A stretch of DNA of 63,990 nt, counting the filler, from Collodictyon triciliatum (taxonomy: Eukaryota), in the NCBI GenBank assembly GCA_043381765.1. It is 5 parts of 5 records of this genome, joined end to end, with 100 filler letters (N's around TTAATTAATTAA, not from the genome) between each part and the next. Parts side by side here need not be neighbours in the genome. Positions count along the whole stretch, not along the records: positions 1 to 24,357 come from JBHJMP010000654.1; 4 more parts are not named here. One strand, 5' to 3'. Position numbers and translations under genes: made by a program. Under the pieces are notes generated by a model that saw nothing but the letters and a program-made list of their open reading frames with translations, was not told the origin of the DNA and ran no database searches. This document shows, piece by piece, positions 1-21,213 of this stretch (position 1 is its first letter; each line of letters opens with the position of its first letter).

Positions 1-98
1 CATACATTACATACATTACATACATTACATACATTACATACATTACATACATTACATACATTACATACATTACATACATTACATACATTACATACATT
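1..98. repeat. (CATACATTA)n 9-bp tandem repeat
   Basis: About 11 perfect copies visible at the window start. Confidence 0.95.
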
Positions 99-219
99 AA
101 AACACCCATGCCATCATTCTTCGAGCGAGGCAAAACTCGATTCCTGCTTTTGCGAAGCGGAACACAACAAAACAGAACTAAAATAAAACAAAGAAAAAGA
201 AGAAACAGAGCATCGAAAC

Positions 220-4604
<4,385 letters not shown>

Positions 4605-4829
4605 TGATTTCTGGTTGATTCATTGTTCGTGATGTATAAGAAGAAAAAAAAAAAAAGAGAGGTTTATATTCTGCAACGGTATATCTATTTAATTAAGTTG
4701 CAGCGCCTTTCGAACCGACGACCACGCGTCTTATTCTTTTTATTTTTATGTTTTCGTGTTTTTGTATTTTTCTTTGTTTTTGTTTTTGCTTTTGTTTTTC
4801 TGTTTTTCTGTCTTAGTTTTCCTGTTTGT

Positions 4830-4880
<51 letters not shown>

Positions 4881-5103
4881 TTTGCACTATACGCAATTGT
4901 GATGACTTTGCGGTTGTGATGACTCGCTTTGCACTCCTGCTGGGCAGATACAACAAACCAAAGCTCATCCTTTTTTTCTTTTCTTTTTTCTTTTTCTCTT
5001 TTGTTTCGTGCCTGTCTGAATCTCAATTGCTCCTTGACATAGAGGCGGGGTCACCCAAAGAAAGAAAAAACACCCGTTCGACGGCTCTGCTGTGAAACTC
5101 CGT

Positions 5104-6785
5104 ATGGGTCAACACCAGAGTTCGCTTGATTTGCAGCTGGACTGCTTTGCCAAAGGGCTGAGTCAGTCTGAAAAGTTGGAGGAGCATCTTCAACACCTTC
5201 GACTGCTCTTTGATTATGTGCGCTCGCTGGATCAAACAACCAACCCGTCTTCGCCTTCTTCTTCTTCGGGCGCGTCTTTTCCGTCACATGCACTAGCAAA
5301 GTCTCTGGCAACTCCCAATTCCTCGCTTGGCTCGAGCATCTTTGAAGAGATACAAAGCCCTGTTTCAAAGCCAGTCCTCGCGCCTCTCAGGGTATCTACC
5401 TTGCAAACCTCTCCTCTTTTCAAGGTATTAATTAGCTAGCTCACATCGCTTTTTTTTCTCTCTTGAGATATCCTAATTGCTATACAATAGCCATTCTTTG
5501 TAGAATTACTTCTTTGTTTAAGAATATTGCATAAAAATATAATATGTTGACTTCGCTCATGATTTACCAGCGCTTTTTTTCTCTCTGTTCATCGTAGGTT
5601 ATTGTATCGGGCCCTGATTTCCCGCAAGCAACATTCAGCCAAGCCTTTTTCCACCTCATAAATCGGCGTTTCGGTTGGTCGGAAGAGGCATTACCGGATG
5701 AAGCGTTTCATGTTTTTCTTCATCATCATCGCCTCTCATTTGATTTCATTATAATCGTTTAGATTCCACCAATTCACACCTTGTAATCATATTGCATGCC
5801 TTTTTATTTTCCCCTAGTAACCATTACTCATGCCAGTAATATCACACACTAGGCAAGGGCTCTCATGAAGAAAAATATCAATTCGCTATGCGACCAGCTA
5901 CTAGATTGGATAATTAGTCATCAACTGAGTATTGCCATCGCATTCGCATTTGAACATGCGTGTAGAGTGGCAACAAATCCTGTTGTTCGATCTCAAACTC
6001 ATGAACACTTTTACAAGTGGATAAATTCGAACATATCAGTCTCAAATAATTGTTTACGGGATGTGGAATCAGAAGCAGATTATCCTTTGATTCAGGTCCT
6101 TTTATGACATTCACATGCGCATATTTAAAATTAAATAATGTCATTCATTTTTAAAATAACTTCAGATGGTGAATGTCACAATGAATTTGTACTCAATCAA
6201 TCATCATTCTTTAAATACCTCATAGGAGATCGTTATTTGTGGACTTACTGATGTCTGGTCTGCAATCAGAAAATCTTGCGCAAATCACCTCTACAACATC
6301 GTTCATTTCCTTAGTTTTGGTCAACTTGCTGGACTGTCATCTGCGTTGCATCATGTAGCCTATTATTTTCATAGAATATAAAAAAGAAAGTATACCCAAG
6401 TTTCAGGAAACAGTTTTTCATCATTCATATAAAAACAGATTGCTGACGAGGAGAAGGATGAATATATCTGGCAAGCAAAAGAGGGCTCACTCTTGGGTTT
6501 GCTCAATATTGTGCGAAGATTTCATTGGGTTCTACCAAAGGACAAGACTCAATTGCACCTGGAAACGCATGTAATTGGTTGAATTTTTCGATCATTTATT
6601 ATTGAAATAATCTTTGAAAGTCTGATGATATAGCCTTTCTTTAAAATAATTAACTGATACATCCTATTTTTCTTTTTTTTTAAAAAAACAAACAAACAAA
6701 CAGAAATTGATAAAACCAGAGAACGGATTACGAGAAACGCTTGAAATGAAGCACATGAAGGTCGCAAAAAATAGATGTTGAACAC
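5104..6785 (+). CDS. HEAT/ARM-like helical repeat protein, 5' part (continues at 14141)
   Basis: ATG at 5104 (MGQHQSSLDLQLDCFAKG). Exons encode EIVICGLTDVWSAIRKSCANHL and YIWQAKEGSLLGLLNIV, which resemble HEAT repeats. The contig end 6686-6785 is identical to 14141-14240. Confidence 0.6.
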
Positions 6786-7032
6786 NNNNNNNNNNNNNNN
6801 NNNNNNNNNNNNNNNNNNNNNNNNNNNNNNNNNNNNNNNNNNNNNNNNNNNNNNNNNNNNNNNNNNNNNNNNNNNNNNNNNNNNNAATACATTACCTGCG
6901 ACTTTATCAATTTATATACAAATGAGTTCCCTCTTTATAAATTTAAATCCTTCTCCCGAAATATATTTAGTGTGCAAGTAAATTTCACCGATATGAACTA
7001 GTTTATCAAAATTTCATGTGTCATACTAATAG

Positions 7033-8766
7033 GCTGCTAAGCTTTTGAGTGATACAATGGTCATTCGTTTTTATCCCAGTAAATTTGTCCTTGTTACTGA
7101 GATACTCGACACATTTGGTAAACTTGTGTATGAACGTCTCTGGAAAAAGGGAAGCGAGAATGAAAGGATACCCCTCCCAGGTTTATATTTTCTATTTTAA
7201 TTATACTACTATTTATCACGGATCAATATCATCATATGCGATGATTCACAATATACAGAATATCTCGTTGTTCTGTTTATCTGAGCGGCCATCTTTCATT
7301 CAAAATAATACTTTACGAGTAGAAAAGTTCTCTGCCAAACAAGTATCTGAAACTGCCAAAGAGACTTGCCGCAATTGGTTCTTCAAGATTGCCTCAATTC
7401 GTGAGCTGATTCCTCGCCTGTATGTTTTTATTTTTCTTCAAAAATCCTTTTCATTTATTTTTCTACCATAGCCAAAATCCTTTATCCATTCAGAGTAATA
7501 ATTAAAGACTTTATTGAATATATCCTTCTCCCTGTTTGAACAAACTTTAGGTTCGTGGAAATGGCCATCATCCGTTGCTACAATTTTTTGGCAGATAATG
7601 AGTTCCCAAAAGCTCTAAACCGCCTGTCTACCATGCTGCGTGGTATTGGTGACCCCCTTGTTTCGCTCTATGCTAGGGCTTATCTCTCACGCAAAGGGTA
7701 GATATTCTCCATAAAAAAAATAATGTCACATTCCTTTCATTAATCATGCGTTGCACAATCGATATAATTTTCTACATTTTTAATTGTTAATTTTCAGGTT
7801 TGAAGTTGCTCCTCACATCAAAGACTATCTGATGACCTGCTACCTGGACTTTCTTGTCTGTCAAAAACAGGTTAATGAACTTATTTTTTGTAATTTTGAA
7901 AGGCAACGTTCACATATCTGATTCTTGTCAATCGCAAAAGCAGAAATGATATTTATAAAGAAAAAAACGACAAGATCTTAACAAATCATACATGCATAGA
8001 TTGGGACGCCCCATTTGATTTCTCGGTTGGATTCAATCAAAATCACGATTCCTGAATTCGTGGACTTATACACACCAGGGCTTGAATGGATTTTGCAATG
8101 TCTTGGGTTTAAAGCAAACGAGGTGCTGACTGCATATTTGTGTTTCGTATTTTCCATTTCCTTATCAGACGTTTGTATTGAATACTTTTTGAATGAATCA
8201 TATGTCATAATTTTCTTCTTTCAAGTGAAATCTATACATCTTGCAAACGAAGGCAAGCGAACCAAAGCCAAAACATCCACTATCATGCTCAAATCGATGG
8301 GAAGAATTAAAAAAATATGAAATTTATACATAGGAATTGTTCAAGAAAGTCGTTGAACTCTACGAGCAGAACGCAAGCAACTCCCTTATATTGAACTCAA
8401 TCCTATCGAGCTTTCCACCAAACTTCATCGCCGAGGATGCCGTAAAAATCACAACCATGATTCGAGAGTCTGACCCTACTTTCTGCCCAAAGGTTACTCT
8501 TCATTTCAGTTAGAAAAAGAAAGATAAATGATACCGATGCAAAGACACCACTCTATTTTTTATGACTTCCTTATTACCGTAGCACATGATGTACAAGACT
8601 ATGGGTGTTATTCTTGTTATGCACCCTCCGTCCTCTGATTTCATTTTAGATGTGCTTAATGAAGTTTGGAAGTTTGTGGGTCTGATTCAGGTATTTTATT
8701 CTTATTATGATTATTTATTGATTATTGAAATAAGCTTGCTAAAGAGTCAATACCTGTTTTTGATTT

Positions 8767-8854
<88 letters not shown>

Positions 8855-11718
8855 TTACTTACTTACTTACCCTTGAGAAGCTCTTACTATCATTAATCTA
8901 AATGAATAGGACCCAAAGGATTACATCTCTTTAGCAGATGTTTACATTGAATATGCCATCAACCACTGCAACGTGATTTTTTTTTCTGAGCATCCAATAA
9001 TTAATTTTTTTTAACCCCCTTCCCCCATTATTGTGAAATGAAGCTTGACCAACACCTAAACATCCTATTTTGTAAATCATCCTAAATTACGTCACAGACC
9101 AAGGAGCTCAATAAACTCCTCGGAGACCTGCTGAAGCATGTACAGCCCGGAAATATGTATGAACAACTTCAGCAGCAGCTCCAGTCAATTATCTATAAGA
9201 TTATTTCGCACTACAAGGAATTCTCTACAATCATTACGATGGTTTGCTTTTCTTTTTTTTTTTTTTTTACTATCAAACTACTATTTGAACAGAGCTGACT
9301 AGTTTAGTCAGTAATTTTGCATTATTGATTCCAGAACAAATTTCTCCCATTGATGGATTTATTTGTCGGTGACGCTAAAGTTGAGGTCTACAAGAGCGTT
9401 CTTGAGTCTTTTGGAAAGTAGAAATAGCATAATATGGCTACTCATCACTTAAATATTTACTTAACTTTTTTTAAACTATTTTGATTATTGTCGTCATCAC
9501 AGCTATTGTTTTTATATGTAATTCCTTTTGAGGTGGAATGTTTTCTAATCACGCAAAACTACCGACCGATAGATCGTCTGAAACGACAGCCGATCCGCAG
9601 CTAATCAATGCCATTTTCGATTTGTGCAAATCTCTCCATGATGATATCAATAGTCTTTCTTTCGTCGATGAAGTTAGACAAGTCTCGAAGCTGATTAACA
9701 ATTTCATCGTGAAGGTTTTATATTCATTTACTTTCCATCGCCATGTAGAAATGTCAAATTATCCTTCAAAAAATCATCGATAAAATTATGCTCTTACTCT
9801 CAAGATGATTGAATAAAAAAATCATTAAGGTGGACTACGGAAAAGATGTCGAGCAGCAGCTGAATTTCTACGTGGAATGTCGCTCCCGCTTCGCAAATCT
9901 GGATTCTGTCAAGGACACTCTGGTTCAAGCCGTGGCTAACTTAGCTATGAGAACTCTTGGTCTGGTAAACGGGCGCCACTCAAAGAAGACAGCGGCTTTT
10001 GTTCGAGTGAGTGAACATGCATGCCCAAATATATGTTCTGGATATCGGCATTAATATATTCACCTTCCTTATTTTTTGATTAAATCATTCGCTCATCGTA
10101 GGCTTGTGTGGCATATTGCTTTATTACCATTCCGTCCATCGATAATATTTTCCTGAGGCTCAAACTTTATCTGCTTGCCGGCCAGGTCAATCGAGCTATA
10201 GCATCTCTTTATATTAATGCATATGGACGATGAGTAAAGATATGCTATTAGAGAAATAGAAGAAAACAAAAGGAGGTCATATCCATATTTGGATTTAATC
10301 TGATTAAACTTTACCTCACGTTATAGGTTTCTATGATGAATCAATCCCTCCCGCAGGCCGATGCCATGTTTAAGACTGCCATTAAACTGATTGCCGAAGT
10401 CCCATCGACTATCGGTACTTTTATGCGTGTGCAAAATTTCAAGAATCGCACCACTTCATGTGTGAAGAAGTAGTGAGGTTTATTCTGGTCAGCAATCTTA
10501 GTTTCCTAATTTCTTTAGAAATCGAGAAGCAAATCAAGAGCACTGAGGATATGCTTGTGGACTATATTTTGGAGTTTTTAAGTGCGCTGGTCACAATCCC
10601 TGGGCATCCTGAACACGGTCCTCTTTATCTCGTGCATGGGTTACTGCAAGCTATTCAGGATTACACCTGGTAAGTGCAATACACTTGAAGTTGTTCCAAA
10701 CCCATTCCATTATCGGCTTAAAATATACAGGGGATTCTGTTTCTTTTCTTTTCTTTTCTTTTCTTTTCTTTTCTCAAAGATGTTGATATAATTTGGAGGG
10801 TAAAAAGAAAGGAAGGAGTATTAACATTCGTCTCTTTCACACACCGGGATACGCGCAACAGGGAAAAAGGGAGCGACGCCAAGGTTCGCTGTTTCACCCA
10901 GGCCCTTGTTTTATTCTCCACGTATCATCAGGCATCGCTGCCATACCATGCGATGAAAGGTTTGTTTTATATATTACACATACAGCACCGCGAAGGTTCA
11001 ATCTTAATCTTAACCAACAACCTCCTACACAACTTACAGTTGAATCGAATGACACCCTTTTCACTGGAGACCCCCAATACTCTGAGGAGCTTTTATCTTT
11101 GATTGACCAATATATCGCCAGCATTCTTGCTGGTATCACAGAGCTTGGGGATGAGTCGATGGGAGCTACGGTAACGAATACACAGCTTCCGAAATATATT
11201 TTTCTCTGTTTATTCTTTCAGCTTTCTTTAGAGTCTATCGTTTCTCACCATACACAAGTATTTAATGGAACGTAATGTCCAACACAGGGAAAAAAGAAGC
11301 AAGCACTGCGTTCCTTGGACTTGTTCAGCCGCCTTATATCTCACGCAGAACTTACAACACGCAGCGCAACCCTTTCGCTGAAGCTTTATGTTGTTGCGAG
11401 CAAATCTGGCGTAATCGATGCCAAAGTTCTCAAGTATGAAAGAAAAAGATGAAGGAAAAAAAAAAGCTTGCACAATGTTGAAGGATTAGGCCTTCCATCC
11501 AAAATTAACGATAATCACCCCATTTTCTTTCTTTCTTTCGTATTTCCCGCTTCCCATCTCCCCGTTTGAATCCCTCTTCAAAAAAAAAAAAAACTTTTAT
11601 ACCGCTAATATACATCATTTGCATGGACACTCAACGCAGGTCGTACATCCGCCCTCTCGAGGCTGCATCTAAAACCAACAACATCGCTTATGAACTGCTG
11701 AAGAAGATACAGGCTTGA
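7033..11718 (+). CDS. VPS35L: VPS35 endosomal protein sorting factor-like (C16orf62/UPF0505, Retriever/Commander subunit), 5'-partial, about 17 exons
   Basis: Spliced translation includes [132 protein letters not shown] and VESNDTLF. These are hallmark VPS35L motifs. Stop TGA at 11716-11718; the 5' end is lost at the N gap. Confidence 0.93.
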
Positions 11719-11982
11719 AGAAGAACAAAAAGCATATCCCAGCATATGGGCACGCAGAGGCGTGTGCAGCGCTGGGATGCCTTAAAAAATAAACAAACTC
11801 TTTGCAATCGCACCATTTCATATATATAATCGTTGTAGAAGTCGTGCTGCAGTGATGTGGCACCGATAATTATGACAATAATGTAGAGCTCTCACTCGAG
11901 TGCGCGACTAAAATTACTGTTTTATTGTCCCGCGCCCAAGTTTACGAGCGGTTACACCAGTTGATGATGATGATGATGATTA

Positions 11983-12039
<57 letters not shown>

Positions 12040-12073
12040 ATTTGATGTTGGGCATCTCCATTCTTCATCTCTG

Positions 12074-13484
<1,411 letters not shown>

Positions 13485-14140
13485 ATCTTAACGCCGAGAT
13501 TGCTGTCATAAATGATATAAGAGAGAAAATTGCAAAAATTGATATTTCGATAAGTGTCGCTGTTCAATTTGCCGGTATGCTTCTTTCAGGTGGATATTTT
13601 GGAATGAAGAAAGAATAGAAAAATTATATTTATTGTTATTTAAGGGTATCTGAATAGTTAAAGATAACCAAATGCAAACCTTCGCAAATATCTAAGTTGC
13701 TGAGCTGTTGCAATTACCCTGGCCATCTAAAAAGAACAAATCACCACAACATGATGATAGAGATAAANNNNNNNNNNNNNNNNNNNNNNNNNNNNNNNNN
13801 NNNNNNNNNNNNNNNNNNNNNNNNNNNNNNNNNNNNNNNNNNNNNNNNNNNNNNNNNNNNNNNNNNNNNNNNNNNNNNNNNNNNNNNNNNNNNNNNNNNN
13901 NNNNNNNNNNNNNNNNNNNNNNNNNNNNNNNNNNNNNNNNNNNNNNNNNNNNNNNNNNNNNNNNNNNNNNNNNNNNNNNNNNNNNNNNNNNNNNNNNNNN
14001 NNNNNNNNNNNNNNNNNNNNNNNNNNNNNNNNNNNNNNNNNNNNNNNNNNNNNNNNNNNNNNNNNNNNNNNNNNNNNNNNNNNNNNNNNNNNNNNNNNNN
14101 NNNNNNNNNNNNNNNNNNNNNNNNNNNNNNNNNNNNNNNN

Positions 14141-14522
14141 AAACAAACAAACAAACAGAAATTGATAAAACCAGAGAACGGATTACGAGAAACGCTTGAA
14201 ATGAAGCACATGAAGGTCGCAAAAAATAGATGTTGAACACTCTTCATGTATCTAGAAATTTATTTAGAAATTTAATTTCCAAATCAAAGAACGTTTTCAG
14301 ATATCTAAGAGCGTTATTATTAAAAATATCTTATTCAGTTTGGGGACAATTTCATTACTGGCATCCCCGATTTCATTTCATCTCCACTGCATCCACTGCT
14401 ATTCAAAATGCTTTCCCATCAGCAACTGAGTATTCGCGAATATGCCATTAAAACTTTCTCTTCGTTACTGTACAGAAGCTCTCCAGAGGTTCTTTACTTA
14501 TTATAGAGTCATAAATCCCCCT

Positions 14523-14566
<44 letters not shown>

Positions 14567-14995
14567 CATGACACGCCGCAGTTTCAGCATTACACGAAAT
14601 GAAACACTCAGTGAATAATATCCTATCATTATCATACAGCGATGAGCGATTTCACAAATAAATTTTCTAATAAAAATATATAAATAAATTTGACTAATCT
14701 CTCTCCATGAATAATGCACCTGGTCTAGATTGCTTTGATGACGTTCAAAGAAGCAGTCACCCGATTACTTTTACCTTGCTTCTCGAGTGAGCTGGCTGTA
14801 AACCAAATATTTGGGCTGGATGTTGTCCAAGTTAGTTTTCACATATTTATACTTTTAATTTTATTATTTTTACGGGTTCACTGGTCAAACTCTGTCTTTT
14901 TTTTTTTTTTTCAATTCTAAAGATAAACCTTCGTTTCGATAGAAAAATAAAAAGATGAAATTTACATGACCTTTTGTATTAATATGATTTCTTCA

Positions 14996-15026
<31 letters not shown>

Positions 15027-18000
15027 CAAGAACTTTTCGGCTGGAGAAGAAACTGGGATAAGCACTTCTTATACGTCACCTAATTCCGATATGTTTCCAG
15101 AGTGGCTTAAATATACAAATAATCCTTTGCCATTCTATTGTGAAATATGGAAGAATATGGCCAAAGTAGACTTTTTGAATGCCTTTGAATCTGAAGGCTT
15201 ACTTGGTCTATGCAGTTTTTTGACCAAACACACTCGTTCATTCTTCAATATATCTGGGTGGCCGGTTTACTTTTTCACTTTCTCACACTACCTTTCACAC
15301 CCTGCATCGACCGTTCGCCAGCAAAGCAGTGTGCTATTCAAGTATATAGTTTCAAGGCACTGTGATAATGTTTCCATTCCTTTTTTTGTACTCCGCACAC
15401 TGGCATCCCAATGGGAGGTATAGATGTTAAGCAAGCAAAATGAATATCCATAAATAAATAAAAACTTTAAAAATATTCTCCATATCTATTTATAATGGCT
15501 ATGTTTTTCATCTTCGATTGCCTTTGATTCATCTCTGATAGCTTTTATTTTGTAGTATGGCGAAGAACTTCAATCGCATGAACCACAGACACCAGAACAT
15601 GATGTCACCGTGCAAGAGAATATCTCCGTCAACATGGACCCTCTAAAATCTAAGTGGGAGTGGAGAGAAGGGAGGCTTCTTGCTTATGAATTAATTCTGG
15701 ACCATCTTGTTTACTCGCAGCATCAAGTAAAGTGTTTCTTTAACAAATGCTTGTACCTAGATGTAAATTATCGAATTTTATTTTCGAGGATATGTACATT
15801 TATCGTATAGTAAATAAATTTTGATGAATATTTGTACATCATAGTCTACAAATGAGCCTACTAGCCCCCGGACTGCTCCTTCAACACCCGCATCATTTAT
15901 TTCCCACCAGCGACTGAACGAATCGGAAACTAAGGTGAGTATTTTTTTTTTATTTTTTTACTTTCACTTATCGTGATAAATACATACATCGGAATGCATA
16001 ATTTCTAAAGTGGTACATATTACTCCGCTCTAGACCCCAACAAGCAAGGTCTCAACCCCAACACACCACGCCAAGCCGGGGACTCCATCAAATGGCACAA
16101 TAAGCTTGAATGCCTCTGGATTGCGGAAATCCCTATCTGACGAACCTATACTAAGCGATAGTGAAACACCAACCAGAAGACAGTCATTTCATATTTCAAG
16201 TATTAAATAGTGATTTTTCCCCTTTACTTGATTCAAGGAAATACAGTCTTATCATATCAATGGATTTTCTCTTTTAAGTATAAATCTTAACAATTCACAT
16301 TCGCAGGTTTAAATGTTATCAAAATGATAAGAATGCATTATTCGAACTCTGGGACACTATATTCATTGGATACTCAGGTGTGTCGGATTTTTTATTTTAT
16401 TTTTTTGCTGAATAGGATATATATATATTCATATCCATAGGATTTTCACAATGGTTTAAGTTTCCTTTATACATCTATAGGTAATAAGATCATCTTTGAT
16501 TTGGAACATTCTAAGGCAGGTTGCCAGCTCTGATACAGCATCACAATTTGAGTTAAAGAGAATGGCCGAGCAGGTTCCATGAGAATGACAACTAATTGTT
16601 TTATTGATTCATGATTCATAACATATACTCATAGAAATTCATTTATGGTCATCCAATATCAATTTATACGACTATTTATCGTTTGTTCTAGGTTATACAC
16701 TCATTGGCTGAGGTGGCTCTTTGGATACAACCATCAGCCCTTATGCATGTTAGGATTTCTTCTTTTTTCTTCTCTTGTATAATTACTGTATTTTTATAAA
16801 GGCTGAACATCCGGAGAGGAAAAGAGAAATGCTTGCCAATGAAAAATACTATGTCCACAGATGTGGAAGATTGGGCTAATGGAGCTTCCCAGTTACCTGA
16901 AGACTAGCTGCCGTTCTATTAGAGCTTGCATTTCGGTGAATACTTTTAAAAGAAGCGCTTATGAATGCTATAAATATAACTGAACTTACATATTCTGTTC
17001 CTAAATAATAGGTTATTGCTGGTATCGAAAGAAGCATGGTATAATAATCCCAGAGAAACGCTTTTGTGTCATACACTCTGTGCATTTTGGTATTTCAAAC
17101 TCTAGCAAAGCTTAAAATATCCTAAAGTGGTATATATTTTCTTTTATATACTAGATACCACAGGTCACAACAGCAGAGAAGAATCATGTGGAAAGAATGA
17201 TAGGACATCTCCTGATATTTATTCCATCAGTCTGTACCACTTCTGTTTACAATATTGACATATACACCCATATAATGCATTATTCTTTTTATTTGCTTTT
17301 CTATTCGATTTTTATCCTGTTGTTCTATCTTATTTATTCTTTTATTTCATGTTATTTGATTTATACATTTATTTGAAGGACTTGTGGAACTTACCCCGAA
17401 ACTCATTTTGTATCCTTTCAATATATCAGTATACTTCCTTGAAAGGAAGAATATCTAATTGGAAATTTCCTATTCACTTTCCTAGATTAGAAAACTTGTC
17501 CAACCAGTCATAAAACCAAGTGCACTCGAGTGTTTAGACTTGTTGATTAAGTTCTATGAGTAATGCTGTATATTTTGATTTATTTCGATGCTATTTGCCT
17601 TGATTTTTGTTATATACAATTTTAAATAACCTAAATCGTACGTGTTATGTAAAGTCAACTCGGGACTTTTACCGGTGAAGCAGACAGAAATGATTCATTT
17701 GATGTTGTTTTAAGTTACCTTACATACCTTTTTTCAAATGCACATCCCACCTCGAGTCTCCCAAAGTATTCTGTAAGGTTAATCATTTAGTGTGTCATTA
17801 TTTTAAATCATCTAAGAATTCAATTTATTTTTTTCTATCAAAGGTGATTATTTTTGTGAGACTTACCTGCCCTTTTTTTTCTTCTTTTTATCACGCTATC
17901 TCAAGGGGTTTCATGAGGCATTTGGAGAATCTGTGTCAGTGGAAATATTAAACCATAAACCTTTTTTTTAAAAAAATATATATTTAAATTAAACTTTGCA

Positions 18001-18028
18001 CTCAATTAATACGGTATTTCTCTTTTCT

Positions 18029-18098
<70 letters not shown>

Positions 18099-20173
18099 TC
18101 ACTGATTTCTTTTACCTTTTTTAAAAGACAACTTACTTCGTTTTGTACAGTGCTGAAACCTCACAACCAAAGGCTCTTCAAGCAGAAAGAATAATGATAA
18201 ACCGAATCAGCCCATCTCTTTGTGGATATATGCAATCATTTACTAAGGAACAAAATGTACAATATTTATAGTGCAATAGACTGTCAATCCTCCGTTTGTG
18301 CTCCTCTTCTGAGTTCGTGGTCATATACTTATGCCACATTTTATCCCTTATTGTTTTTATAGACTCTCCTTTTGCCGTTAATCATCCACTATGCGCGTTT
18401 TTATGAAGATTCTGAATCATGTCACCAACTATTGATGTCTATCCATGCGGTCCTTAGAATGTGGCATGTACTATTTCATTTGTTTATACGTACGATGTTA
18501 TAAAAACCTGGATAATTATTTCATTTATAAATTTAAAAAAAGGAAAGAATATATTTGATTAGATTAACGAATTCATAAAAACATTATGACTAGAATTTTA
18601 GCTCCAGTCCAATACCCTCAGAGTAAATATTTAATATGTAATGCAATAGCTCGATAAATTGAACATGATATTTTGCTGCAAAAACTAATCTGATTTGTTT
18701 GTGACTTTCAGCTCCATGTACGGTTCTCTTTTATTGTTTTCCTGTGATTTGACGGTAGACAAGCTGGTTCCCTTGGTAACAAATAAGGTATTGAAGGGAT
18801 ACACCGTGTTAAGACATTAAAATATATTGCCTGATATTTTTATTGTTTTATATAATTATCCTTCTTCCTATTATATCCACAATTATTGGTGTGTAACTCA
18901 TGGAAGAAATGCTCATGATGCAGGCATTGGAGATGCCTATTTTGCGCACAGTAATGGAAATATTTGAAGCTGTTCTCCTGATTGTTCAAGACATGAGGCA
19001 TCTCCCTACCATATGCCGTGTTGTTGTAGAGCGTATGAAGCAAGAAAGTGAGAATCATACATATAATAACTTTAGTCATACATCATTTTGCTTTCGGTAG
19101 TAATGATACAAAAGTACGCTTTAATTGGTGGTATTTTTCCATTCTCTAAAACTCCATTTAGATATTGTCGACTCCATCCCCCACAAATTAAATGCGCAGC
19201 TGCTCCAAATGATGTCTAACGATATATCTCACACTTCAACAGAGAATGAGAGAGAACGGTAGCATCCCAATATCAAATGTTGATGCTTTCGTGTCATGGT
19301 TTTGTAATGGCCTTATTTACCTTTTTTTTTTTTTTGTATTAGTATTGTTTTATCTAGTTTTCATATTCATCTCGCATCTTCAAGCAGTTTTATGCCCACA
19401 CGTAAAATATATTATTGTTAGGAATCATGGGAGTGATTGTGAGAGTGAAAAGGGAGATTCGGGTTGGGATTCGTGGGATGATGAACCCGAGGGAAAGTAA
19501 TATCCCTATATAAGATGATTCCCAAGACTTATGATTTACATCTCAGGACATCAAATATTGAAAGGAGGCAGAGGGATTTTAATATATTGCTGTAAGAGCC
19601 CGATTAAAATTGCTTCACTGACTTTCCGTTATTTAGTGCTGGCGACCAAATCGTGCGCGAGTTCGGGCTGTTCTACACAGTACTAAAGCAGAACTCTACA
19701 AGGTTTGTAGCACCCCTACATTATATAATAAATTAGAGTTTTTATATTGGGCTATAAACTTGGTTCTAAAAGTACTTCAAATCCAAAAAAAAAAGTGAGA
19801 GACCACCAATTTTTTCAGGTTTGATTCTATTACCTTGTGAAAATGTACCATTTTGCGACCGTCTAATTGTGTGTTTTGTAAAGAAAAATAATGTAAAAAG
19901 GTTGAATAAAAACAATAGATATCCTCAAGGTCGACCTCAACTCCAAGTTGCGTGCGATGGCGCCGTCTGATGCAAAAGTGGTTATCTGGTTCGTCAGGAA
20001 TTCGTCACCAACAAAAAAAAATTTGTTTTTTGTTTTTTGTTTTTTGTTTTTTGTTTTTTGTTTTTTGTTTTTTGTTTTTTGTTTTTTGTTTTTTGTTTTT
20101 TGTTTTTTGTTTTTTGTTTTTAACGCCGGTTTGCAGGATTATGGAAAAGAACCGCGAAGATGAATTGGGGTAA
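14141..20173 (+). CDS. HEAT/ARM-like helical repeat protein, 3' part (continuation of 5104-6785)
   Basis: Many short GT-AG exons, including FSHYLSHPASTVRQQSSVLFKYIV, KWEWREGRLLAYELILDHL, QFELKRMAEQV and DSGWDSWDDEPE. Last exon IMEKNREDELG* ends at 20173. Confidence 0.6.
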
Positions 20174-21213
20174 CTCACTGCGCCCTCAGAGTCTGTATCC
20201 GCATTAAGGTTGCTAATCTGGACATTACTAAAACAACACATTGATTCAATAAATTAGTTCCAATCAATAATCGTAGATGGATTTTATGTGATCGGAAATG
20301 GAAGTATCTAGAGCTCATCTTGCCTAACGCAATTGAATTTTTGGTGAGCTTGCCTCATTCGTATATGTACCTAACCTGGAATTATTAATGTAGATTTTTA
20401 GAATTTCAGTCCAAAAGCGGTTCTTCTGTTTACTGATACCTCTTAAAGAATCCTGGTGTCTCTATATTTCTTCGGAATTTCTGAATATTGAAGCTTGTGT
20501 GGCGGTTTTGGAAACGAGGCAGAATGAGATGCAACCAAAGCCAGCCGTGTTTTGTTTGTGGAAAGGCCAAGCGAGGTTTTCAGGACGGCTATGTTCGTTG
20601 CAATCAGGTTCTGCGTGCGGTAGCCAGTTTGAAGTTTTGTCGGGCCAATTAGAATTTTTGACAACCAAGAAAAGGGGATGAATACTGTGGTGAATGGGGG
20701 TAAGAGGAGTCTGGAAATCAGGGCTGCTGCTACAGCTCGATGTGCCTGTGTGAGGCAAAGTGCCGGCCATTTTGAGACCGATGTCTTGTCTGCTACACTG
20801 ACACACAATCGAGATGGATTCTGCGGTCTGAATCGCCAGGCAGTTGCCAACAATACAGGAGATTGAAGCCACGATTCTTTGTGCGGTTGGAATCTGTGAT
20901 GGGATTGCGATCGAGTGGATGGTGCTTTTGCGTGTGCGAGCAATTGAATTTGCATGAGAGGAGTTTTGTTTTTATTTTCATCCCTCACATCGTCCTGGGC
21001 TACTTTGCTTTTCTCATAAAATATTGTTCTTCGCGTACGGGCGCTGTGGGGCTGAATATAAGTATGCTCTGTTAGGATTTAATCAACCCTCAAGATCTTG
21101 AAAGAAAAAAAAAAGACTGTGTATTGACATCCTATTTCTCTGTTTCTACTTCCCTCTTTTATCTGCATCTCTAATTCTCTGATGCAAAGCTTAGGCCTCT
21201 CGCAGATCGAAAG

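Noticed and set aside
1-98. Terminal tandem repeat as a telomere or CRISPR array
   Set aside because: The 9-bp unit has no spacers and no G-rich telomeric strand; it is an ordinary minisatellite.
13692-14247. Several ORFs spanning Ns
   Set aside because: Artefacts of translating the assembly gap.
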